NCBI RefSeq assembly: GCF_000143415.4
Contig: NW_003314268.1
Location: 387,117 to 451,116 of the forward strand
Length of the DNA stretch: 64,000 nucleotides
Source: Selaginella moellendorffii
Taxonomy: Eukaryota; Plantae; Lycopodiophyta
Direction: 5' to 3'
Position numbers and translations under genes: made by a program. Below are positions 24,954-37,908 of the stretch, piece by piece (position 1 is the stretch's first letter; each line of letters begins with the position of its first letter). The notes beneath the pieces are model-generated. The model worked only from the letters and a program-made list of their open reading frames with translations, did not search any database and was not told the origin of the DNA.

Positions 24954-27746
24954 TCACAAACGTGAGATTTGAAGCGCTGGAGCATCCATGGAAATTCTTA
25001 TGATAACCTGGAGACAAAGTCATGAAATTAGTGCGCATCATTTCAATCAAATCGCAATACCTTGCCAACACTTTTTCCAGAATGAAGGTACTCCACAGCA
25101 TCACATGCAGAGCTTAGGCCAGTAAAGGGTGTTGGATCAACTGCAATCTGCAGAGAAGTAGGTTGTATTCTCGCTCAAAGAGCAGATAAGCACGATACCT
25201 TTAGCTTCCCCCGACTGTGTAAGCTATGAAGTTTCGCAACGTGTTCTTTCCAAAGCTTATTGTGATGCATTAAGTAGAATCCAACCTGGATAACCTTGTT
25301 AGCAAAGCAGCATTATGGCAGCACTTGCTTACGATGGTTTGCGATTTCCACAGCAACTTCTCGCAAAGTCCAGGATAGTTTCTCGGTTGCCATCCACCTT
25401 CTCCTTGATACTGCAAGAAAGCGTTTTCATATGGCGGCTAAAATACAACATTAACACACCTGTGATATCATTCCTATGACGATCAGACGTCCAAAAGTTG
25501 CAAGAGCATTCAGGCATGTGTCAAACATCGTCCCGCCAACAGATTCGTAGACAAGGTCTACTCCACGTGGATATTCTTTCTTCAAAACCTGTTCATCTGT
25601 TAGATACTCCATAGCACTTCTTACATACCGTTTTTATGTCTTCCGCTTTGTAATCTATAACCCTGTCCACCCCAAGCGACGAAAGCAATGCAGCTTTGTC
25701 ACTTCCACCACAGGTGCCAATCACTTTATTGCCTGCTAGTTTTGCCAACTAAAATAGAAATCAAAGAACTATCACTTGTAAGTACTGATAAAAGCACTAC
25801 CTGTACAGCAAATTGTCCAGTTCCTCCAGCTGCAGCAGTCACAAGAACAGTTTCACCTGATCTCATCTTGCCAGCCTGCAAACGGGATGGCAATCAGTCT
25901 TTATGTGGAAAGCTAGCACCACTACCTCTTGCAAACCAAGAGAAGCCGTCAGTCCAGAGACAAGTATAGCCACAACTTCAGGAGTTGGGGAAGGAACAGG
26001 AATGACAGACTTTGCAGGAACCTGCAAATCTAGTTAGAACAAAAATTTCACTTTTCTTTTGCTAAACCTGTGAGTATTCTGTAAAACCCCCGTAGCTAAA
26101 GGTTGCAACAGCAGATCCTAGCGCAATCTCATCTAGAGCTACGCCAGGTCCAATGCCTGCAACCACTCCAACGGACTGCAAAGCGCACAAAAGAAAAACT
26201 TACATAGAAATCTAATAAAACTTTACCTCAAAGCCAGCAACAAAAGGGAGGCGCGACAATGCTTCTTTCTCATTTGCAAAATAACGTCCAGAGCTATAGT
26301 TCACCTGAAACATAAGCATATGTAAGATAAAAAAAGAGTTGCACGCTTACTTACATCACTTGCATTCACACCAGCATAGTAGTTCTTTATAAGTACGTGG
26401 CCTTCTCTCACAGGAAGTCTTAGTGGTACCGTGACGATTTTCGTGGCCACACGAAAATTGCTGCTCAGCTTATGAACCATCCTGAAAACAGCAATTGTAG
26501 AAACAGGATCATAATATAAAAAATCACTTACAGTTGATCAAAGGACGTAGGCAGATTTGGAGACGGAAGTCCTTTCGATTCTTGAGGGATTCTTTTTCTT
26601 CTACCGTGTACCAGGAACTTGTTTTCCTCTTCTTCTGAAGGCCAATACTCCGGACCACGCCTGTTTGTTATCCAAAGACAAACACCTCCTTTGCTATCAT
26701 CTTCAATGAGCTGAAAGGCCCCTGAGGAATAAAAAAACACGACGTTGCTTCTGAATAGTTAAATATACACCTTACCGTGAATAAGCTTGTCCATTGATAG
26801 ATAACCTCCGGTTATGTCTATTATTTTCCTATCCAGAGACTTCGCCATTGGAGTCTCGATAAACTGGAAGCTAGCATGTATGTCAAAATCGAAAAAAATT
26901 GTAAACGGTGCACTGACCTCGGGACAGAGCGCGTTCACTCGTATTTTTTCTCTGCGAAGTCTTGATAGCGATCTCGTAAACAACACAACACCACCTAGAA
27001 AAATGTAGTGTTTCGACAGTAAAATGAAATGCGACCACCTTTTGAGCTTTTACCTTTACTTCCGGAGTAGATTGGCATCAGGGGAGCCGGATATAATCCC
27101 GCCGCAGATGCCAGGTTTATGATCACTCCCGGTTGTCCCCGAGCTCGCATTGCTTTGACCTGTAAAGCCCAGTAAAAGAGACTTTAAACTCTATAGCCAT
27201 GGATGAGCTCGAGCACAAACACACCGCTTGCCGGGTACACTCCACAATTGCCACAAAATTCACATCGATCACTCGCCTCCACGTTCCTTTGTCATCGTTT
27301 ATAAAATCAGAATTGCCTCCAATCCCAGCAGAGTTGATGCAAACATCGAGTCGTCCAAACGCTGAGTGGTGCTTCGCAAACGCGAGAGAAAGTTCCTCTA
27401 AAAGAGCGAAGTATTAGTACTTGACATAAAAATGAGCAGTGTGTGTGTGTGTGTTTGAGCATACCAGGTTTTGTAACATCGCACTGGACAAAAATGGCCG
27501 CCGTGCCCGAGATGCCGAGCCTGGAATGGACTTCCTTCACTAGATTGAGCGTCTCGAGGCCATTTCCAGAGTCGAAATCGACAATGGAGACACTGGCGCC
27601 CTTCTCAGCGAGCGCAAGCGCTAGCGCTCGTCCTAGACATCGCAAAGAACAAAAGATCGGCCGAAATCCAGGCATGGAACACGAAATTTACCGATTCCAG
27701 AGCCAGCGCCAGTGATGAGCGCAGCGTGTCCAGCTCCGATGATCAT
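24954..27746 (-). CDS. SDR plus zinc-binding-type MDR fusion (NQR/ARP-like quinone oxidoreductase, At1g49670-like), peroxisomal
   Basis: [58 protein letters not shown]; C-terminus ...LQISRL* (PTS1). Confidence 0.88.
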
Positions 27747-27954
27747 CCTTGCGGAAATTTTCGCGATGGCGACACGATCGCGATCGCTACCTAGGGCTTG
27801 CTAGAGAAAGAGAAATTATATATTTGCGGTCATGACAAATAGCAATGTGTTTTAGCTAGAGGAATCTCTTAGCATCAAACGATGCTTCCTGGCGCTTGCT
27901 GCCTAGAAATGCGTTCTTCTTCCCAATCCCTTGGAAGCAGTGGCCAATAGCACG

Positions 27955-28638
27955 ATGAATCACCACGAAGAAATCCCGCTCTCTCATCTCAATCAATCCA
28001 TGGCCAGCAGTAGCAGCAATGGCCAGGATCGCGACGAGGAAGCTCTGCTAGGAGGCGGCGGCGTCGATCCATTCGAGCAGATCGCAGGCAACAAGGCCCT
28101 GAGGCTGCGGCTGGATTTCTGGAAGAAGGAGGAGGAGGTCGTGAATCAACGCATCGAGCGCAAGGAGCAGCGATTGCAGAGCGCCAAGAACGAGATCTAT
28201 CAGCTCCTGGGGATCTACTTCGTGTTCCAAGGTGTGATTCTCACCGCCCTAGCCCAGGCGAACGATCTCTCCGAGAAGTGGCGCTGGATCCCCTTCGTGC
28301 TCTCGACGCTGGCGTCCATGGCCACGATTCTCGCCCTCGTCTATAAGCTGCGGGATTGCTCGGAGCTGGAGCGCCAGATCAAGGGCGAGAAGCTCATGTC
28401 CAAGGCGCTGTTCCAGGCCAGCGACGATCTCAAGAGCATGGGGAGCGCATTCGATCACAAGGATGTCCAGCGCCAGCCCCACATTACGCACAGGCCGCAA
28501 GATCGCCCCAAAAATCTTATCCCCAGGATCTGGGAAGATCACATGAAGGCTTACGGCGCATTGCTAGTAGTGATCTTGCTCATCTTCTCCACGATCATGG
28601 GAATTGCTTGCTGGCAAATCACATCGAGCAAAAATTGA
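27955..28638 (+). CDS. Coiled-coil plus 3-TM protein (PTHR33287/SLATT-like), copy 1, intronless
   Basis: DPFEQIA..LRL..WKKEEE...NEIYQLLGIYFVFQGVILTAL...WIPFVLS plus a C-terminal hydrophobic helix; GC-rich codons; paralogs nearby. Confidence 0.88.
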   Translation: MNHHEEIPLSHLNQSMASSSSNGQDRDEEALLGGGGVDPFEQIAGNKALRLRLDFWKKEEEVVNQRIERKEQRLQSAKNEIYQLLGIYFVFQGVILTALAQANDLSEKWRWIPFVLSTLASMATILALVYKLRDCSELERQIKGEKLMSKALFQASDDLKSMGSAFDHKDVQRQPHITHRPQDRPKNLIPRIWEDHMKAYGALLVVILLIFSTIMGIACWQITSSKN

Positions 28639-28773
28639 AAGAGCGCTGCTATTAAGTTCCGATTTTAGGGTTCTTGAGCACTAAAGCATATTCCTTAACG
28701 CTCAAAGAATATTCTTCGGAGGTCAAAGAAGACGAGTTCGTCTGTGAGGGTTTGATCGCTCGCTTCTAGCACA

Positions 28774-29439
28774 ATGCTGCGCCCCAGTTTCGTTATCCCG
28801 GTCACTCCAAGTGATGAATCGAACGCTCCTCCTCAAAATCTCACCCCTGGCACCGATCCTTACGCGCAAATTGCTGCAAATCCCGCACTTAAGCTGCGTC
28901 TGGAATTGTGGAAGAAGGAGGAAGAAGTCGTGAACCAGCGAATCGAGCGCAAGGAGCAGCGCCTCCAGAACACCAAGAACGAGATCTATCAACTTCTAGG
29001 CATCTACTTCGTCTTCCAAGGTGTGATTCTCACTGCCCTGGCCCAGGCCACAAATTTGCCCCAAAGTCGCGTATGGATCCCTTTCGTTCTCTCGATGCTC
29101 GCCTCGCTCGCCACAATCCTCGCTCTCATCTTCAAATTGGAGGATTGCGCAGAGCTCCAGCGCCAAATCGCAAGCGAGAAGCTGCTATCCAGGGCCCTGT
29201 TCCAGGCCAGTGACACGCTCAAGAGCATGGGCAACGATTACAACCCCACGGATCTCCAGCTCTTGCCCCATCTCCAAAATCCCAAGACCGTGGATCGATC
29301 GCAGCTTTCGAGGATCTGGATCAGCCACATGGAGGGATACGGCGCATTCCTGCTAGTCATTCTGTTCATCTTCTCCGCGATAATGGCCATCTCGTGCTGG
29401 ATCATCCACAACGACGGCTCCTCAGAACCCAAGAACTAG
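28774..29439 (+). CDS. Coiled-coil plus 3-TM protein, copy 2 (tandem paralog)
   Basis: 221 aa; core nearly identical to copy 1. Confidence 0.88.
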   Translation: MLRPSFVIPVTPSDESNAPPQNLTPGTDPYAQIAANPALKLRLELWKKEEEVVNQRIERKEQRLQNTKNEIYQLLGIYFVFQGVILTALAQATNLPQSRVWIPFVLSMLASLATILALIFKLEDCAELQRQIASEKLLSRALFQASDTLKSMGNDYNPTDLQLLPHLQNPKTVDRSQLSRIWISHMEGYGAFLLVILFIFSAIMAISCWIIHNDGSSEPKN

Positions 29440-30226
29440 TAACCGTCCGATAAGAAGGTTTTACGCCGTCCGATCGGATTATAAAAATCATGGACAATAA
29501 TGACCGGGGCTTTTAGTAGGGTTTATAATCCGAGCAATCGGCCATTTTCTATACTCACGGCTTTCTTTAGTATCGCTTCGAAATTTCTACGATGATCCAT
29601 CGGCGCCAGCGATCCGGTAAGAAATCCATGGATTGCGAGTGAGCGAGCGCCATTAGGAGTAGAACTAGCGCCATTGCGAGGGCCAGGGCTCACACAATCA
29701 ATGCGCGAGTCGAAAGGTTTCTATTCTTCCAAGTAAGCTCTTGCCTGGCATGATTGAAGCTTGCACTTTCAGTGGATTGATAGCACCTGCATTGTGCCGT
29801 GAACATAAAGTCGCAAAGTTTTTAAGTGGAGGGGACCAAAAAACCTGGATGAAAGAGGGATATGCGCTTCCATATCCTGCGATCTTCACAGGTGTGCTTC
29901 CGGAGTGACTTTTCTTTTGTTCTCTCTCTCTCACTGTTTAGGAGAAATCTCTGCTTTCTTTGCGGCTAAGTTGTCCTTGTTTTCATTCTATAAGGTGTCG
30001 TATTCCCTTGTGTTGTTGAGTCATCTTTTCTTGTGGAAAAGTCGGCTTGAGCTCGTGGAACATTTAAAGTTTTGTGCTCCCTTGTTTACATTGTAGTTCT
30101 TCCCGACTCGTTTCTAAATCTAAGATTTAGTTTTGCTCCAGGAGTGGCTGCTGGTCTTTGCTCCAAGTTTGCTTGCACCAATCCAAGATCTGAGGAAGAA
30201 CAGGTGGTTTTTTCGGCGCTCGTCTC

Positions 30227-33200
30227 ATGGGAAAGTATCCGACAGGTCCTACGAGCTGTGTTGATGATCCATCCTGCAGTGTTCTCATCACCAGCGTCAC
30301 TCAGACAGGCCCTTTGATCGTCTACGCGTTTTGGGCTTTCGTTATCAGCTGCTGCTCGGCATTTCAGCTCTGGAAGTTCTTGAAGCTGCGAAGGAATCAG
30401 GTGCAACCTTTAGTCCTCCAGAGGAACGGGAAAGGCGAGAATTTTTCCTCATCTGATAGAAAACCGGGAGAAGATCATGTGGTGAATGTGGAAGAGGAGA
30501 AGGAGCTCCGAATCACTGGCTACACTTGGTCTTATTTTGGAGAGTTCTGCTACTTTCTCTGCTGCCTGACATCGCTTCACTGGATCCTGCTCCACTCGCT
30601 CTTACTTTTCGATGCATACAATAAGTGTCAAGTCGGTGGTGTTGATAACTTGTGCTTTTATGGGAATTATTCGGTGTTCGGGAGTTATGACTTCAATGGA
30701 AAGGTTCGCAAAAACTTTTTTGTTCTCGATTGAATCGTGGTACAACTTTGCCCTCTTGTTGCAGATCTTTTTCGTGGTCTGGTGGCTCTCGGCCATTTGG
30801 TTTACAGCTTGGGTAATATTCAAAGGCCGAGTAAGATTTTGGTTTCGAATTCCTTGCGGTCTTGAGTCTGCCGGAGTCGTCTTTATCTGGACCAGAGAAA
30901 GCGAGCAGATTTTGTCGACAAACGACTTGCCGCTCGTGCACTACGTCCGTTACTTTCGAGTAAGCTTGACAACTTCTATAATATAGAGTGATTCACGTAT
31001 GCTAAATTGTTCAATTTTGCAGAATTTCCTATCAACTTTTGAAGAGTTACATGGTCATTCCGAGATTGTCAAAATACTCACTACAAAGGCCGGGCAGCGG
31101 CATTTTTTCTTTCAAGGCCACAGGTTCTTGATCAAAGGCGAAACTGTGACAGACGTGCACTTCAAAGTTGGGGAGAGATACTCAGATTTCCTCAAGGTTT
31201 TAAAACTTTATTTATATTGCACTGTATCGTTGCGTCTAAATTATTTTTCTTTTCCATTGTTTCCGGTAGGAAGCCGAAGGTCTTACTGAAGGGGAAGCTG
31301 AAAAGCGTTTAGAAGAACTTGGTCCAAACGAAATCCCGTTTAAACCAGAGTCCCTCTTCTATTCTATATTCGATGAAACGTTCACGCTCTTTAAAGTGTA
31401 TCAGCTCATTTCCTACATTTTGCAGTTCTGGAGTAGCTACTTATTCGTTGCATCGCTCATGATGTTTATTGTGGCACTGAGCGCTGCGATAACCATTTAC
31501 AATCGACGTCGAGGCCAGTTCATGATAGCCAAGGTAAGCGTTGTGAATCAGTTTCAGATGGTTGGAAAACGTCCTTTTTTGTTTTCAGATCACTGAGTAT
31601 GATACGCAAGTTGAAACTCTGAGAAGCGGTCAATGGATAAACCTTGCTTCGCGAAACTTGGTACCCGGGGATGTTATCAAGCTCAAAAGCGGCTGGGTGC
31701 TTCCATGCGATCTACTGATCATCAAAGGTTTGAAACCGTCTGTTTCTCGATTTTTAACTAGCTTCGAGCAGGCTCCTGTGTTTGTGACGAGAGTGCTTTG
31801 ACTGGTGAGCCCATGCCAGTGCAAAAATACGCTGCTCCCAACACCGACGTGCAGTATAAGGCCGATGGCCTTGGCTCGCGGCATACTTTGTTCTCTGGAA
31901 CTACTCTACTTCAAGCAGGACAGGGCCATGATGATGCTCTCGCAATTGTCACGGAGACAGGTATATGTTTTTGCCATGGTTTTTTCTTTCACTATGGAAC
32001 GCGTTTTTCTGTGACCCAGGTATGTCAACCTCCAAAGGCGAACTGGTCGCGACGATTTTGTACCCTCAAAAGCTCATCTTCAAGTACGATGAGGAGCTCC
32101 AAATCGTTGCCTGTCTTCTTTTTATCTACGCTATCGTATGCTTTGGTGTGTCCATAAAGTTTCAGGTATATATTCATGTTTCACTATATGAAATCATTTT
32201 TGCAAACTGTTTGTCTATTGTGGACCAGAACATGAACGGACAGCAGAGTATTTGGGTGACAAAGTGGATCTACTGTATGTTCATCATAAATCAGATAATG
32301 TCGCCACTATTGCCGGTCGCTCTTGAAGTTGGACAAATTCACGCTCTGGAGAGTTTAAAGGCACGCCTTCTTACCTCCTGTTTCCAGTTCCTTATGTTGT
32401 TCTTTCAGAAGCGTGGGGTGTTTTGCCTCAATCCAAAGCGCATAGCTATCGCTGGGAAGATACGAGTTTTCTGTTTTGACAAAACTGGGACATTGACAAA
32501 AGAGGGACTCGATTTTGTTGGAGTTCAGAGTGTCGTCACTAACTCCTTTGGACCAGTTTTATCACTTGAAGGGGGTCAAAGAATTGATGATATTGTTTTG
32601 CATGGACTTGCCACATGTCATGCTGTTACAAAGTTCGGAAAGGACTTGGTTGGAAACCAGGTTGAGGTAAATTTGTAATTTTCGCAGAAAAGCTTGGATG
32701 ATCTTTTGTGTGATAGGTGAAAATGTTCTCAGCTGTGGGATGGAATTTGATAGAGTCCGCAAACAGTCCCCCAGTCGTTTCAGATGGTTCCGGATCACGG
32801 ACCTTTAGAATCGTGAGACGAAACGAGTTTGATCAATCGAGAGCAACAATGAGTGTTGTTGTGGAGGACAACTCTGGAAACTTTCACATCTACTGCAAGG
32901 TTCTTGCGTCTAGCATTCGTAAACCTTCACTCATCAATATTTCCGTTCAAGCATGGCAGGGTTCTTTCGAAAAGATTAAGGAGCTGAGCAACGCTCAAAG
33001 CCTTCCAGCGGACTACGAGGACAGAGCACGGCTTCAAGCCCTGCAAGGTTGTTATGTTCTTGGTTTAAGCTACAGGTGCACGCTGTTTCCTCAGTCTTTC
33101 ATGTTTTGCAGCTGGCTTTTTATACTGTTTTCTTCCAATGGCTTATTGCTGAACCTTGCAGATATCTTGGCCGAGAACTGGGATTTGAAGACATGTTAGC

Positions 33201-35171
33201 ACTACCAAGGAATGAGTTGGAAAAGGACCTGAATTTTATATCTCTGGTCTTGTTTAGGAACGAGCTCAAGCCGGATAGCTCTGCAGCTATTCAATCTCTC
33301 AAAGCTGGAAAGGTACGTTGTCTATATTGATTCCGCTGGAAAACGAAATGCTCCTGGTCTACAGGTTCGTCCCGTGATGGTTACCGGTGATAATGCTCAA
33401 TGCGGCCACTATATTGCTAAACAATCTGGTATGTTCTCATCTGACTGTAAGATACTACTGGGTGATATAACGAACGACAACAGGTTAGTCTTATTCTTTA
33501 TGAAAGATCTTTCTAACGATAGCTTTGTCTCTGTAGCGTGGTATGGTCTTCATTGAGTAGTGAAGTGACAACGGGTATAAGCCGCATGACCACCGAAGAA
33601 CTTCTTCAAAGTAGAGCGAGCTCACTTGAGGATGGGACCTTGGAACTTGCGGTTACGGGTAAAGCTTTTAATCGCTTACAAGAATCCAAGAGAATGGACG
33701 ACTTACTTCTTTACACACGAATCTTCGCAAGATTCACTCCTTCCGATAAGGTTCATCTTGTTCCCTTTGATAATAGTCTCATGCAGTTGTGGACTTGCAG
33801 GAGAAAGTGGTAACTATGCATAGAAACCATGGCCTAATCGTGGGAATGTGTGGTGACGGTGGAAACGATTGTGGAGCGTTAAGGGCCGCACACGCCGGCA
33901 TCGCTTTAAGTGCTGCAGAAGCATCGGTGGTGTCTCCATTTACTGCCCGAAACAAATCGGTCAGTTCAAGCTTTTTTCTGAAACAATCGCGCAAAGTTGA
34001 TGTTTTCTTTGTAGGTCCAAGCTGTGGTAGATTTACTACGTGAAGCGCGAGGTGCTCTCCATACGTCATTCGCATGCTACAAGTTTCTAATTATTTATGG
34101 CCTCCAGTTCTCAATATTCAAGCTTTGTTGTTATTGGTAAGCTTGGACTTTCGAGATCTTCCCGACGCTTAGCGCTTTCAATCCAGGTTTGGGATTATAG
34201 CCTGCCAAATGGACTACATATTTATTGATGGCGTAGCTGTGCTCAGCCTTGGTTATGCCATGTCTCGGTGCAACGCTGAAAAAATACTCAACAAGGTTCT
34301 TACACTTCTTACCTTGAGTGTATGAAATGTTTAACCGTGGTAATGACAGGTGAGGCCTACTTCCAGTTTGCTTGGACCTTTAAACGTAGCATCGGTGCTG
34401 GGGCTATGGGGAAGCAACGTTGTGTTCCTGGTGGCTGCAATTTGTTTCATGGCAAGCCAGAAGGATTACGTGAGATGGCCGGCACAGTAAGTGATTGGTT
34501 TTGTGAAGTTCGTGCTCAAAATCTCGTTTGTTTCAGATACTCTCGTGGTGCAAGCTGGTGGACGCTGGGTGACAACTGGGAGTCCACAGTGTTGTTCTTC
34601 ACAATGTATTTCCAGTTCATCACGTCCGCATTCGTTTTCTCGTTTGGCTCCAAGTTTCGAAAGACCGTATTCAAAAACTTCTCTTTGATGGTAAATCTTC
34701 TACTTTCAAGTAGTTTCAAGTACTTAAGTCTTTTCCGCGCAGGTTTCGTACTGGTCATTGATCGCTGTGTGCTCTTGTCTATTGCTTCTTCCTCACAACA
34801 AGTTCACGGAAGTATGGCACGTTGCAAGCGAGCAATTCAACCGTGCAAACCCCGCCTCTCCAGTTTGGGCGTCTTACCAGGTAAAAAAACTCTCATTCTT
34901 TCCACAACTAAATCATATCTCTTCGTGTTTTCTTCCAGAAAAATGGTGGACAGCCTTCGCCGGCCATGAGCTTTGATTTCCGTTTCAAGCTATGGTGGAT
35001 CATTCTCGCGAGTCTCGCCATCAATATAGCTTGGCAAAAGGTTTGAAGTTTTCCATTCCAGAAGAGAAGGAAAAAAAATCTCACTTTGCGTTCCAGGTCG
35101 TAGTGGAAGGCCCACTGGCACGGATTTTAGCTGCGAAGTATCCCTCAAAGCGGCCAAAGCTACACATATAG
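30227..35171 (+). CDS. P5-type (P5B/ATP13A-like) P-type ATPase, multi-exon
   Basis: [67 protein letters not shown]; M4 motif SPLLP. Confidence 0.92.
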
Positions 35172-35268
35172 AGTATATTCTTAGAATCGCCAAGAATGTA
35201 CGGTACCAGAAATTTATAAATCTCAAGGGCAAGCGCCATCCTGATTTTAAGATTTAGGGCTTTGTGGA

Positions 35269-36411
35269 ATGGCGCGGGCGATGGCGATTTCGGCTCTACC
35301 GGCTGCGCGTCTCTCGAGAGTAGGCCTCTGGATTCCTCCCACATTTTTCTTTTCTTTCTGCGAATGGGATTGGATTTAGCCAGGCTTGCTCCGCTTCTGA
35401 CAAAGACAAGCTCCAAATTCCCGCTGCTGCTAGTGTCCCCGAGCTCAAGACGACGATCTTACGCTCCGTGTCTAACACAAATCGTGGTAAGGTGAGCTTG
35501 CTCTAGATTTTCTTTCCTGATTTCTCTTCCACGCGACCGCGACTCTTTTCTTTTTGTGGATTTCCTTCTTCTTAGGATGCAACGAGTGAGCAAAAGCAAA
35601 AGATTTTGTCACTGGTGGAGGTAAGAAAACTTTTGTGGTGTGATTATTACGTTCTTATTCTCTTTTGTCTAGGAACTAGAGCGTATGAATCCCACTAAAA
35701 ACCCAGTAAACTCTGATCTTTTGTCTGGAACTTGGGCTTTACTTTACACGGCTCCACTGAATGGTATGCTTTGCAAGCTTTCCAGGCTGCTAATTCTTGT
35801 TCTGCCTTTCCACGCAGAAGAAATTGTGGATAGATATGCTGGCACCGAAGAGGGCCCTTTTCTTTCAAGAATCAAACCACTGGCATTTGGAACTATCAAG
35901 CAAACTCGAAGCTTGCAGGTAGTGTTTCCTCATTTCTTGTTGGCAAGCCTCTTTTTCTTTGCGTGCAGATTATCGATTCCATCAATGGGAGCGTGAAAAA
36001 CATTGCAGACTTTTCCTTTCTTGGGATCAATGGTATAAAGTTCTTCTATTCTTTTGGTTCTTTTCCTTACGATAGCTTTTGATCCTCACAGTTTAAAGCT
36101 GTGCAGGTTCTCTGTGCATAAACGCAGCAGCCGTAAAATCTTTGGAGCCTGACACACAAGGCGTCCGTCTGCTCGTCACGTTTGAGAGCTTTGTGTTGAC
36201 GATCAACAGGATCCGAGTTGCCACCATTTCTCTCGCGTTCATCAAACCAAAGGGGTAAGAAAGCAGCTTAAACCAGGATCTTTCCGTGACTTTCTTCTTG
36301 GCTTGCAGATGGGTTGACACTACGTACCTGGACGACGATATGAGAGTCGGGCGTGGTGACAAAGGATCCATTTTTCTTGCCGTGAGAACGAAAATGGTCC
36401 CATCACTATAA
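35269..36411 (+). CDS. Plastid lipid-associated protein / fibrillin family
   Basis: ELERMNPTKNP...LLSGTWALLYT, WVDTTYLDDDMRVGRGDKGSIF; spliced. Confidence 0.85.
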
Positions 36412-36444
36412 TTTCGATCCAGGTGATGCTCCATTCCATTCTCG

Positions 36445-36690
36445 GTTTTTGCAAAGGATCAACTTACGAGCTGCTGCTATCAGAGACTCGAAGATCACAG
36501 TGACTGCTGCATTTTGCTCTCCGGATCTTCTCACATTGCTGGAGCTTAGAAAATGATATCGCCAGGCTGATCAAAACATTTGTACCATGGAAGATAAGAA
36601 ACAACGCCGGCTGGATAGCTTTTTTAAAGTGAAGCAAGTATATTCCAAGAATCGCCAAAACTGTACGGCACAAGCCGCGTACGGCAGCAC
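36445..36690 (-). pseudogene. Internally deleted copy of the 3-TM gene
   Basis: Near-exact blocks shared with 37909-38649 (TTGCAAAGGATCAACTTAC.AGCTGCTGCTATCAGAG; KLQQCEKIR); no intact ORF. Confidence 0.8.
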
Positions 36691-36732
36691 TCCCGTACTA
36701 TCTTGTACGGAGTGCTCTGTTTTTAGGGTTCT

Positions 36733-37158
36733 TCAAAACTTTCTCTTGAACTTCTTGACGGCGAATTGGCCGTTGCGGTGCGCGGAGACGACGATCCGGT
36801 CGTGCACGGCGAGATCGTCGGTGTCGATGAGGATCTGGGTGTTCCCCTCCTCGCCGCTGGTGTCGGTCTTGGCCAGGAGCCCCATCTGGTAGTACGTCAT
36901 GGTGCCCACGAGGTCGGCGGGGACGATCTGGGCGGAATTGGGGAGGACGGAGTGGCGCAATCGCCCGAATTGGTTCTTGTGCTTGTCGCGGAGCAAAATC
37001 GTGTGGGCGGTGTTGTTCACGATCGATGTCGTGCCCTCCCTTTGATCATCGCTGAAAGAGCTGGAGCTGGAAGAATCGGAGCTGGAGCTGGGACTGGAAT
37101 TGGATGTGGAATGTCTCTCGCAGATCGAGAGTGTCCTGCTGTAGGAGAAGCACCTCAT
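36733..37158 (-). CDS. DUF7748-like protein, copy B (Ser-rich N-terminus, no Gly2)
   Basis: ATG at 37158; TATA (rc TTTATAT at ~37218); IVNNTAHTILLRDK...YYQMGLL...IDTDDL. Confidence 0.8.
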   Translation of the reverse strand: MRCFSYSRTLSICERHSTSNSSPSSSSDSSSSSSFSDDQREGTTSIVNNTAHTILLRDKHKNQFGRLRHSVLPNSAQIVPADLVGTMTYYQMGLLAKTDTSGEEGNTQILIDTDDLAVHDRIVVSAHRNGQFAVKKFKRKF

Positions 37159-37589
37159 GATCCTCCTGGAGATGAAATGGAAGGACACCTGGTTCTCCTT
37201 CGCTTCTTCTTCTTACATTTATATCGTGGGGAAATTCTTTAACGTGTTGCGTGTTGCGTGTTTCTCTCCAACCACGAAGCTACCGATGCGTAGTGTGACA
37301 ATGTCACACGCTTTGACGAATCCATGACCACTGTGACCTTTAGGGCACACGTCATCGAGATTTTCCCGCTACTTTCTTCTAGGGTTCTTCGCGTGGCGGC
37401 ATTCTCCATCTCCGTCGCATTGCTGTCGCGATTGCTACATTCGCAAGCCGGAGAGCGATCGCCATCGCCGCCTCCTCCTCTCAAAGGATTTAGGGCGAAA
37501 GGCAAGTTCCACACTGCCAGTGTCGCCGTGGTGAGCAATTTCTCTTCCTTTGCGGAATCTCTCTCAGGGTGCTTCTTATTTCTAAGATT

Positions 37590-37885
37590 TTCGGTGTGGA
37601 GAACTGCTATTTGGAACAATCGACCAGCTTGCAGGTAATGTTTAATGAATTTCTTTGTCTTTTGGAGAAGTTCTCTTCATGTTTGCTTGCAGATTGTGGA
37701 TGCGGAGCCTGAGAATTATTACAGAGCCTTCCTTGAGGATAAAAGGTATGGAGTTTTTTCTTTCTTTCTCCGTTTAAAAGAGATTCTCTCGCTTTTATCT
37801 TTTATCAAACCAAGGCACAAGCAGAGACATTCACGGTTGATCAACACTACGTATATGGACGAAATATCAATCCAGGTGATGCTCT
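37590..37885 (+). pseudogene. Decayed duplicate of the fibrillin gene
   Basis: Colinear relics: TTTGGAAC.ATC...AGCTTGCAGGTA.TGTTT, TGCAGATT, TT.ATCAAACCAA, ACACTACGTA..TGGACGA (TTYMDE), TCCAGGTGATGCTC. Confidence 0.7.
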
Positions 37886-37908
37886 ATATGCATGGAATTC
37901 CATTCGAT

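Noticed and set aside
20495-27746. AKR, CYP88 and SDR/MDR as a biosynthetic gene cluster
   Set aside because: There is no scaffold-forming enzyme; the genes look like conserved housekeeping orthologs with different predicted compartments (plastid, ER, peroxisome).
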